Below, piece after piece: positions 37,354 to 45,586 of a DNA stretch of 64,000 bases. The DNA is taken from contig JADBKQ010000005.1 of NCBI GenBank assembly GCA_014896305.1, forward strand, positions 12,381 through 76,380. The letters are read 5' to 3'. The position numbers were made by a program, and so were the translations under genes. The notes below the pieces were generated by a model, which worked only from the letters and a program-made list of their open reading frames with translations, did no database searches and was not told the DNA's origin. The stretch comes from Limnochordaceae bacterium. GTDB lineage: Bacteria; Bacillota; Limnochordia; Limnochordales; DUMU01. Each line of letters opens with the position of its first letter. Position 1 is the first letter of the stretch.

Positions 37354-37952
37354 CCTTGCATCCCTCCGCCATTGCTGATGGAACGAATACCGATCGCCTC
37401 GACTCCACCCGGCAGCATCCCCTCCGTCGCCACAGCTTCTGCCCCGCGCTGCAGTTCAGAACGGAGATCCTCCAGAAAGTACCGGGGAGAGTCGGAAGCA
37501 TTGAGCAATTCGAAAGCGACCATCGAGCGGATCGAGGCGCAATGGACCGCTTTCCCCCGGGCCCGTAGTAGCTCGAACGCCCGTTCAAAGTCGCCATCTC
37601 CACTCATCAGAATGGCTTCATCATATTGATCCATGGTGGCCAACATATCCACTACAATGTCTACATCCAAATTTGCCTTGTAGATGGTCGCTCCCGTTTC
37701 CTGGTCCGTAATACTCTTCAGGGGACGACGACGAACAATATAACCCATATGCGTAAGAGCTCGCAAGAAAGACTCCTGCGAAAACTCCCCCTCGCTCTCG
37801 GCCGCATAGTAAAAACCGTTGTACAACTTCTTACCTTTGGAGAAATAGCTGATTACTTTCGCCCAATCGATTCTCCAGCCCAACGCCCTTTGTGCATAAA
37901 ACATGTTGGCCCCATCGATGAAAACGGCCACTCGTGTAGTCTGCTCCATCAT
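37350..37952 (-). CDS. NYN-domain (LabA/DUF88-like) protein, predicted RNase fold
   Basis: Contains RVAVFIDGANMFY, NLDVDIVVDM and AILMSGDGDFERA, characteristic of NYN/LabA. The stop overlaps the downstream ATPase start by 4 nt. Confidence 0.85.
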   Translation of the reverse strand: MMEQTTRVAVFIDGANMFYAQRALGWRIDWAKVISYFSKGKKLYNGFYYAAESEGEFSQESFLRALTHMGYIVRRRPLKSITDQETGATIYKANLDVDIVVDMLATMDQYDEAILMSGDGDFERAFELLRARGKAVHCASIRSMVAFELLNASDSPRYFLEDLRSELQRGAEAVATEGMLPGGVEAIGIRSISNGGGMQG

Positions 37953-38759
37953 ATCACCCTTCCCTATGCAAACATGGTTGGTGCCTACCGGCCTGCCCCC
38001 CTTTCCTCGCCTCTAGGCATCGACCGCCTCTCCGCCCACCTGGATCGCCCTGCGGAAGCAACGCACCCTCCTATGGCATGGTTCATACAATTGTAATGAT
38101 CCGTTTTTGCCGGTACCGGTGGGCCTGCCTGAGCCGGCCGGTCCAACCGAAAGCAGAGGCGAGGCAGCATGCTCGGAGACCCCTCCTCCCCTTTACGCGG
38201 GCTTCACTTGTTGATTGAACCCGTCTCCTTGGCGGGTTCATCCGGCTCCCGCTCTCCCTGGGCCAACGCTGGCCCGATCAACCAGAAGGCGGCTCAGGCC
38301 CTGGCCCGCCCTGGCCTGCCGTCCCGCCTTTGTCCGCCATCTGATCTTCGGGCCTTCGCTACACCAAGACCGTCATCTTTGGCAAGAAGCGTACCACCTT
38401 TTCGGCGCTCTTGTCACCGCCAGATACTACCCGCAAGCGTGGCAACCGTCGTCAACGATCCCCGCTGACGCGCATCCCTCGGCAGCCGACTCTCCCCCAC
38501 CCGCGCCGGACGCTACTTCGCCACCTGCCGCGCAAATCCCGCCTGAGGCGAAGTAGGAGATTCGACATTCTTTCGCGCAAACCGGCCGGGATATCGAAAC
38601 CTCTCGCCTCAGGTAGGAATATCCCCGACCCTCACGGCAGGAAAACTATGGGTCCAAGCGAATATGGCGGATAACCCCCCTGGTATTGGTAGCCTCGAAC
38701 GTCTCCAATGGGTCCTCGCCCGTACAAACGGTTGCGACGGCAAAGGAGCCAGGCGGAAG

Positions 38760-39680
38760 ATGGAGTATCGCCCGCTGAGCACCACGGGCTTTTCTTTCTC
38801 TGTGTTGGGCTTGGGAACGTGGGGAATGAGCGGGGTGGACTGGGGTCCCTTCCAGCCCACCGAAGCCACTCGCATTCTACGCATCGCCCTGGATGCCGGA
38901 GTCAACTGGCTGGACACGTCCGAAAGTTTTGGCAGTGGCCGCTCCGAAGAAGTGATCGGCCAGGCCCTGCAATGGTTGGGCGTCCGGGACCGCCTGTGGC
39001 TGTGTGGCACCGTCGCCGGACACCACGCCTCTCCCGACCAGATTCGTAAAGCACTGGAAGGAAGCTTGCGTCGACTCCACACGGACCACCTGGACGTATA
39101 CCAGCTGGGCTGGCCCAACCCCACTGTTCCCTTGAGTGAAAGCCTCGAAGCCTTGATGACCCTTCGCCAGGAAGGGAAGATCCTGGCCATCGGCCTGGCC
39201 AACTTCCCCGTGGAGCTGGTGCGCCGAGCCTGCGAACTCGCTCCCATCGCCTCTATACAGGCCCTCTATAATCTGTTTGAACGAGAGGCCGAACTCGATC
39301 TCCTGCCGTTCTGCCGGGAGCATGGGATTGCCTTCCTGGCCCACTCCCCCCTGGCTCAGGGCCTTCTGGCCGGGGAGTTTTCTCTCTCTTCCCGCCCGGG
39401 CCCCAGCAACTACCGGGCTCACCGGGCACTCTTCCAGGAAGGAGTGTATGAGGAGGCGGTGAAAGCGACAGAGCAGATCGAACGGGTGGCCGCCCGCCAG
39501 GCTTCCCACGCTGGTCAGGCCGCCCTGGCCTGGGTCCTGGACCAGCCGGGCGTGACCGCGGCCATCGTGGGCGTTCGTCGTAGCGAGCACCTGAAACAGA
39601 GCTTGCTGGCCCTCCACTGCACCTTGACGCAACAAGAGCGCAACGCCCTCCGTCGCCTGGGGGAATCCGTGCTGCCCTAG
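38760..39680 (+). CDS. aldo/keto reductase
   Basis: Contains LGLGTWGMSG, DAGVNWLDTSESFGSGRSEEVIGQAL and LYNLFEREAE. ATG 38760 with AAAGGAG upstream. Confidence 0.9.
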   Translation: MEYRPLSTTGFSFSVLGLGTWGMSGVDWGPFQPTEATRILRIALDAGVNWLDTSESFGSGRSEEVIGQALQWLGVRDRLWLCGTVAGHHASPDQIRKALEGSLRRLHTDHLDVYQLGWPNPTVPLSESLEALMTLRQEGKILAIGLANFPVELVRRACELAPIASIQALYNLFEREAELDLLPFCREHGIAFLAHSPLAQGLLAGEFSLSSRPGPSNYRAHRALFQEGVYEEAVKATEQIERVAARQASHAGQAALAWVLDQPGVTAAIVGVRRSEHLKQSLLALHCTLTQQERNALRRLGESVLP

Positions 39681-39690
39681 CCCCGGGCCA

Positions 39691-40557
39691 TCATCCCGGT
39701 TGCTGGATTCCCACCGGGCGACCCTCCTCCCGGTCCCGGTCGAGCTCCTCCAGGATGGGATCCAATTCGGTCCATTGGCGGAGTATAGCATCGACCGGCA
39801 GCGGGCTCAGCTCCGCCACCGGCGGCGGGCCGGGATCGTCCGGATGCTGCCGCTGCCACAACTGCCCGGCCACTCCCCACCAGACCAGTGCGACCCGGCC
39901 GACGCGGGCCGCCCGTCCGGCCTCTATATCTGCCTGCGAGTCCCCCACGTAGACCACATTTCGCGGTTGGACTCCAAGCCGGTCCGCCGCCACCCACAGC
40001 GGCTCCGGCGCGGGCTTGGGGTGCTGGACATCCTCGATGCCAATGATCACGTCAAACAGCGTCTCCATCCGCAAGGAGCGAATCAGTTGCATGGCCACCG
40101 GCCGCCGCTTGTTGGTCACGATGCCGCAGGCGACGCCCCGGGCCTGGAGCTCATGGAGCATCTCCAATGTTCCCGGGAACGGCTGAGCACGAGCCGCCAG
40201 CGGTTCATAGAGTTGCCGGTAGGCCAGCACCAGCTGCTGCGTCCGCTCCTGCATCCACTCTTGTTCCGGCGTCGGGCCGGGCACCGGCCCGGCTGGGGAG
40301 GCCAGAGAGGCCGTCACCGTCACTCTCCCTTTGCCATCGTCGATCCTGACGCCGCACCGCTGCGCCAGCAGCTTCGTCATGATGTCCGCCAGAGGTTCAC
40401 CAATGTAACGTAGAAGCTCTGCCTCGTCGGGCTCGGCAGACGCTCCCATCACCCGCTGCCAAGCCAAGCGCAAACACTCCGCCACGGTGGGCAGGGTGTT
40501 GACCAGCGTCCCATCGAAATCGAAAAGGACCGCCAAACCCCCGTTTTGCGGCTGCAT
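39691..40557 (-). CDS. HAD-superfamily hydrolase (phosphoglycolate-phosphatase-like) with cap-domain insertion and C-terminal extension
   Basis: Contains VLFDFDGTLVNT (motif I), GIVTNK (motif II) and YVGDSQADIEAG (motif IV). ATG 40557 has AGGAG 8 nt upstream. The track ORF start at 40767 would overlap the ATPase gene. Confidence 0.85.
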   Translation of the reverse strand: MQPQNGGLAVLFDFDGTLVNTLPTVAECLRLAWQRVMGASAEPDEAELLRYIGEPLADIMTKLLAQRCGVRIDDGKGRVTVTASLASPAGPVPGPTPEQEWMQERTQQLVLAYRQLYEPLAARAQPFPGTLEMLHELQARGVACGIVTNKRRPVAMQLIRSLRMETLFDVIIGIEDVQHPKPAPEPLWVAADRLGVQPRNVVYVGDSQADIEAGRAARVGRVALVWWGVAGQLWQRQHPDDPGPPPVAELSPLPVDAILRQWTELDPILEELDRDREEGRPVGIQQPG

Positions 40558-40690
40558 TTCGTCGACTCCTGTCTTCCGGCCCGTCTTCGTGGCGACCGAT
40601 CTGTCGGAGCACTCACCCCATGCATGGCTTAGTGTACCGTAGCCCAAAGCCCAGGAGAAGCCCTGCCGCACGGACCGCCTGGCAGGTCTC

Positions 40691-43363
40691 TCATCGACGC
40701 ATGGCTTTGACCAGTTCCCACCAGAAGGTCGAAGCTGTAGCCGCCACGGTCGCCTCTCCCCACTCAACTGCCGACAGTGGCTCTGTTCCCATCATTCGCT
40801 GCAGTGGGGGAAGGTAAATAACCAGGGCCAGGACCGCGAGAGTTCCGAGGAGCAACGCCGCCCGGGTCCGGACAACCCCTGTTTCCGCCGGCGGGGGAAC
40901 AGCCGCGGCGGTCAGCCCAGGCGGTTCAACGCCTTCCCCCCTGGCCCGCCTGGCTGCCGCCCACCACCGTACCGCCCGCACCCATGCCCGCCAGAAGGGC
41001 TCCCTTTCCGAGCTCATCGTAAACACGACGCCCACATTGCCCAGGAGCAAAGCAATCAGCCCCAGGGAGCGAGCGTACGTGGGCGTCCCCCCCGACGCCA
41101 ACGCGTGCTGATACACCAGGAACGTGGCGGCCAGTAACGCCCCTCCAAGGGTTAGTACCTGGCCAGCCAACTTCCCGGTAACCAGTGGCGTCCGGGGCGA
41201 CCGCGGCGGCTGGTGCATCAGGTCTGGCTCCTCTGGGCTTGCTTCGAACACCACGGAGCAGGTCGGGTCCAGCAGGAGTTCCAGCAACGCGATGTGCACG
41301 GGCCAGAGGAATAACGGCAGCCCGGCCATAGGAGCCAGCAACGCGAGCCCGGCAATGGGCAGGTGGGCCACGCCGATATACGCCACCGCCTTGCGAATGT
41401 TGTCATAGATTCGCCGGCCCTGGCGGATCGCCCCCACGATGGTAACAAAGTTGTCATCCAGCAGCACCAGGCCGGCGGCGCCCCGAGCCACCTCCGTCCC
41501 CCGCTGCCCCATGGCCACGCCGATGTCCGCCTCCTTGAGTGCCGGGGCGTCGTTGACCCCATCTCCCGTCATGGCCACCACTTGCCCCAGGCGGCGAAAG
41601 GCCCGGACAAGGCGAAGTTTCTGCCCGGGCAGGACCCGTGCGCAAATCTGCACCGCCTGCCCGGGATCCTCCCGCGAGAGGAAATGATCCAGCTCCTCGT
41701 CGCTCAACCGCTCCAACTCCTCGCCGGTGAGTACCGGGCCAGAAGAGTTGAGACCCACTTCCCGGCCGATGGCCATAGCGGTAATCGCATGGTCCCCCGT
41801 GATCATCACCACCCGCACGCCGGCCTCGTGGCAGGCGGCCACGGCCTGCCGTACTCCGGCCCGGGGCGGGTCAGCCAGGCCCACCAGGCCTACCAACCGC
41901 AACCGGTGTTCGGAAAGGTGCTGGGGAAACGGTGGTGTCAACCCGGGTTCTCCTGGCTCACTACAGGCCACCGCCAGCACGCGCAACCCCTGGCTGGCCA
42001 GCTGTTCCACCGTACCCTCTACCTCCTGGCGGGCAGCAGCATTCAAGCCGCACAAGGGCAATACCGTCTCCGGCGCTCCTTTGACCGCCAGTTCGTATCC
42101 GCCACCCTTATCCTGCCAAATGTGTCCCATCCAGCGGTCGGCCGGCCGAAACGGGTACTCGTGCGCCAGCCTCCTCTCCTGGCGCACGGCCTGCGCCTGC
42201 ACCCCCAGCTGAGCACTCCAGCGCTGAATGGCCAGGTCCATGGGGTCGTATGGGTTCTCCTCGCAAGCAAGAACCGCCCACGTCGCCAGTTGACACTCAT
42301 CGACTTCCCACGGTATGGCCGATCGGACACTCATCCGGTTCTCGGTGAGAGTTCCGGTCTTGTCCACACAGAGCACCTGAACGGATCCCAGCGTCTCCAC
42401 GGCCGGCATCCGTCGTACCAGGGCCTGCTGCCGGGAGAGACGGGCCGCCCCCAGGGCGAAAAAGACGGTGAGCACTACCGGAAATTCCTCCGGAATCATC
42501 GCCATGGCCAGCGAGATGCCGGCCAGGAACGCATCCGTCCACCCTGCGCTCCCCCGCCCTTGCTGCCACGCCACCAGCATCACCACCAACAAGCAGCAAA
42601 CGATGCCGGCGAGGAAAAACTGACGTACCAGCACTTTGATCTGACTCTGCAGGGGCGTGGGGTGCTCTGCCACCGTCGACAGCAGCTCGCCGATCTGTCC
42701 ATATTGGGTCTTCTGCCCGGTGAACTCCACCGTCCCCCATCCCTGCCCCTGCAGCACCGTCGTTCCCGCATAACATAGATCCCCCTGGGCCTTCCAGATC
42801 GGCTCGGCCTCCCCCGTCAGAAGAGATTCGTCCACACAAAGATCCGCTACAGCCTGGAGGCGAAGGTCCGCCGGCACTCGTTCCCCTTCTGCCACCTCCA
42901 CGAAGTCCCCCGGGACCACTTCCTGGGCAGGGATCTGCCTCCACACCCGGTCACGATAGACCAGCGCCTTCGGCGCCGACAGCTCCCGCAGGGCTGCCAG
43001 CGCCCGTTCCGTCCGCCACTCCTGCACGAACGTCACCAGGATCACCATGCCGACAAACACCAGCATGATCAGACCTTCCTGGAGTTCTCCCAGAAGGAAG
43101 TAGATCGAGGCCGTGGCCAGAAGCAGGACAAACATCGGCTCTTTGACGACTTCGAAAAGGCGTCGCCAGAAAGTGGCCGGACGAACAAGGCTCAATTCGT
43201 TCGGACCCTCGACCTGCAACCGCCGCCGAGCCTCCTCCTCGGTCAACCCCGCTTCCCCCGGCTCGAAGGTGATGACCTCGGCCAGGGGATCCAGGTTTGA
43301 CGACGCACCGCTAACCCCAGCCGGAGCAGCGGCAACAGCCGTATCCGCCCGCGATGGACTCAC
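40691..43363 (-). CDS. P-type cation-transporting ATPase (P2/Ca2+-type-like)
   Basis: Contains CVDKTGTLTENRM (phosphorylation site), TGES-like LTGEAEP, MITGDHAITA and VAMTGDGVNDAPALKEADIGVAMG. GTG start with GGGGGGAA SD. Confidence 0.95.
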   Translation of the reverse strand: MSPSRADTAVAAAPAGVSGASSNLDPLAEVITFEPGEAGLTEEEARRRLQVEGPNELSLVRPATFWRRLFEVVKEPMFVLLLATASIYFLLGELQEGLIMLVFVGMVILVTFVQEWRTERALAALRELSAPKALVYRDRVWRQIPAQEVVPGDFVEVAEGERVPADLRLQAVADLCVDESLLTGEAEPIWKAQGDLCYAGTTVLQGQGWGTVEFTGQKTQYGQIGELLSTVAEHPTPLQSQIKVLVRQFFLAGIVCCLLVVMLVAWQQGRGSAGWTDAFLAGISLAMAMIPEEFPVVLTVFFALGAARLSRQQALVRRMPAVETLGSVQVLCVDKTGTLTENRMSVRSAIPWEVDECQLATWAVLACEENPYDPMDLAIQRWSAQLGVQAQAVRQERRLAHEYPFRPADRWMGHIWQDKGGGYELAVKGAPETVLPLCGLNAAARQEVEGTVEQLASQGLRVLAVACSEPGEPGLTPPFPQHLSEHRLRLVGLVGLADPPRAGVRQAVAACHEAGVRVVMITGDHAITAMAIGREVGLNSSGPVLTGEELERLSDEELDHFLSREDPGQAVQICARVLPGQKLRLVRAFRRLGQVVAMTGDGVNDAPALKEADIGVAMGQRGTEVARGAAGLVLLDDNFVTIVGAIRQGRRIYDNIRKAVAYIGVAHLPIAGLALLAPMAGLPLFLWPVHIALLELLLDPTCSVVFEASPEEPDLMHQPPRSPRTPLVTGKLAGQVLTLGGALLAATFLVYQHALASGGTPTYARSLGLIALLLGNVGVVFTMSSEREPFWRAWVRAVRWWAAARRARGEGVEPPGLTAAAVPPPAETGVVRTRAALLLGTLAVLALVIYLPPLQRMMGTEPLSAVEWGEATVAATASTFWWELVKAMRR

Positions 43364-43861
43364 TATGATTCCCCCCGGATCACGCGAGTGAGGCGTGCAA
43401 ACAAGCGCGAACCATCCGGCACCAGGCTCGTTCTACGCAGTGTCAACTACGTTTACCGCTGATGCTACCATGATATTGCAAGCAAAGCAATTATGGCTGC
43501 AAATGAATATCATTTTGAACGACTTGGTCAGTTCGTCGTTATATATGCCATAGTACTAGCTATACAGCGGTCCTATTGTCCATATAATAAACGATGTCCA
43601 AGCTATGGTGCCATTAAGGTATGTATCCATCCTTGCGCGATCCAATGAGACCGATTATCATCTTTAGTCAAGAAAGCAACCCTCTCATAACTGGTCAATG
43701 GAAGTCAGGTTCACAGGATGATACCTCAGCTGCCACATTCCAAGCCAATGCGCAACGGCCGTCCAACGACCATCCTTATGGACATGAATCGGCCTCTGCC
43801 GCAGGTACTACCCGGAGCAGAGGCCCTGCCGGAATCCCCAAGGTTTACACCGCCAGCTCGC

Positions 43862-44197
43862 CTATGTCCTGGTCACGCTGGGGCGCATGCGCCGCATCAT
43901 TGCATCTCGAAACGCCGGATCATAGCGCATGAGCAGCATGCAGATCTCAGAGATCTCCTCCAGTTCGTCACGCAGGGATGTTTCGAAGAAGCGACGCAAC
44001 TCCGGCTCGGCGGATTCGTGAATGGCCCGGTGCAGGTTGGCAGCGTCCGTAGCTTCGGTGGAGAGATACCGGTAGAGGTGCCATAGCTCGTGCACGCGCG
44101 ATGGGACCGGCGGCTCGCCCCAGTCGTCGCCATAGCCCCAACGATCCCGGTAGCCTGCCCCTTCATTTTGTGCCTCTGGCCGTTTTTGCTCGTCCAT
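43862..44197 (-). CDS. hypothetical protein (111 aa), acidic/helical
   Basis: ATG 44197 is preceded by AAGGGGGAG 6 nt upstream. No motif recognised. A 9-bp hairpin (43791-43825) lies downstream of the stop. Confidence 0.5.
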   Translation of the reverse strand: MDEQKRPEAQNEGAGYRDRWGYGDDWGEPPVPSRVHELWHLYRYLSTEATDAANLHRAIHESAEPELRRFFETSLRDELEEISEICMLLMRYDPAFRDAMMRRMRPSVTRT

Positions 44198-44394
44198 ACC
44201 CAGCTCCCCCTTTGTGGAGTCATCCACCCCGAATCTACGCACCCCACGATCGCCCCGAATCGGCTCGCACTCCCGATATGCTGGCCGGTCAGGTGCAATA
44301 CGTGCACTCCTAAGAAGGTGGTACCTGCCGATCAGCGAATCCTGAAGCACGGTGAATGAGATCATTGGGCACTTCAGCAAAAGGAGATGGTCGT

Positions 44395-45405
44395 ATGGCA
44401 GTGGTCTTCCCCTGGCTTCCGGGTTCTGACGCCGCCTGGTCTTCGTTTGAGGCCCACCTCGATGCGTTTACGCACATCAGCCCTACGGGTCTGGCTTTTC
44501 GCCCTGATGGCAGCATCGCTCAGGCGGACCGTCCAGACCTTACGAAGGTGACCCAGATTGCCAAGGACCACCAATTGCTGGTGCTGCCCCTGATCGTGAA
44601 TGAGAACTTCCAGGCTCAATCGGCAGAAGCCGTCCTTTGCGACAAGACCGTGCGGCAGCGGGCCATCGACGAGTTGGCCCGACTGGTCGAAGCCAACCAG
44701 TGGGATGGGATCAACCTGGATTTTGAAGGCCCCTGGGCGTACCGGTCGCAGTATGTCGCCTTCGTCAGCGGGATCAGCAAGAGACTTCACGACCTCGGTA
44801 AGCTCGTTACCGTTGATGTCGTCTCTGCCTACCGGCCACCGCGCGGGGTGGAAGGGGACCCGGGCCTATCCTGGTCCGACCCGTACGACTACCCGGCCCT
44901 GGGTCAGTTGGTCGACCTTTTCATTCTGATGGGGTACGACTACCACTATCGTTTCGGCCATCCTGGCCCAGTGGGCCCAGCCTGGTGGCTGGAACGAGTG
45001 CTGGATTGGACGACCAGCGTCGTTCCCTCCCACAAAGTGGTACTAGGCTTGCCTTTCTATGGATATCACTGGACCGTCACCGAAGCCGGCGAGACGGTGG
45101 ACGGCGCCTACCTGCCCTTTGCTGAAGCCGAGCGACTGCGGTGCGAGCACCGTGTCTGGCGGGCCTGGGATTGGGACGGCCTCAGCCGCTACTTCCACTT
45201 CCGCGAGCCAGATCAGCCCAACGTGGAGCACATCGTTCACTACGATGACGCGGCCTCGCTGGCCCAGCGCATGCAGCTCATCTCCCGCTACCATCTGGCC
45301 GGAGTGGCGTTCTGGTCTCTGGGCCAGGAGGATCCGGACGTTTGGAGTTTCGTCAAAAAGCAGATCAAGGGCGCAGAGTCGACAGCCAGTCCTGCTCAGG
45401 CGTAA
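44395..45405 (+). CDS. glycoside hydrolase family 18 (YaaH/YdhD-like subgroup)
   Basis: Catalytic-region motif WDGINLDFEG, with later MGYDYHY and GLPFYGY motifs. AAGGAG lies 8 nt upstream of the ATG. Confidence 0.8.
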   Translation: MAVVFPWLPGSDAAWSSFEAHLDAFTHISPTGLAFRPDGSIAQADRPDLTKVTQIAKDHQLLVLPLIVNENFQAQSAEAVLCDKTVRQRAIDELARLVEANQWDGINLDFEGPWAYRSQYVAFVSGISKRLHDLGKLVTVDVVSAYRPPRGVEGDPGLSWSDPYDYPALGQLVDLFILMGYDYHYRFGHPGPVGPAWWLERVLDWTTSVVPSHKVVLGLPFYGYHWTVTEAGETVDGAYLPFAEAERLRCEHRVWRAWDWDGLSRYFHFREPDQPNVEHIVHYDDAASLAQRMQLISRYHLAGVAFWSLGQEDPDVWSFVKKQIKGAESTASPAQA

Positions 45406-45461
45406 CCCTGTCCACCCAATCGCAGCCAGCGCGGTAATTCGCTCCGGAAGGCAGCCAACGG

Positions 45462-45490
45462 ACGGCCCGAAGGTAAGACCTTCGGGCCGT
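45462..45490. terminator. bidirectional GC-rich hairpin between convergent genes
   Basis: A perfect 12-bp stem, ACGGCCCGAAGG-taaga-CCTTCGGGCCGT. No U-tract. Confidence 0.5.
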
Positions 45491-45586
45491 GATCCATTTC
45501 CAGCGTCCAAGGGCCGATCGCAGGGTCTGTTCGGCCGGCTGGAGGGAAAGCGCCGAATTCAGAGCGCTGGTTATCTTGACAGGAGC

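Noticed and set aside
38169-38556. 99-aa and 113-aa ORFs in the 0.8-kb gap
   Set aside because: The translations are Pro/Arg/Ala/Ser low-complexity with no hydrophobic core pattern and no SD. The region is treated as non-coding or structured (see finding).
38877-39791. 304-aa minus-strand ORF
   Set aside because: It is antisense to the aldo/keto reductase gene, which has clear family motifs.
41363-42778. 471-aa plus-strand ORF
   Set aside because: It lies entirely antisense to the P-type ATPase gene, whose motifs are unambiguous. The product is low-complexity and His/Arg/Pro/Gly-rich.
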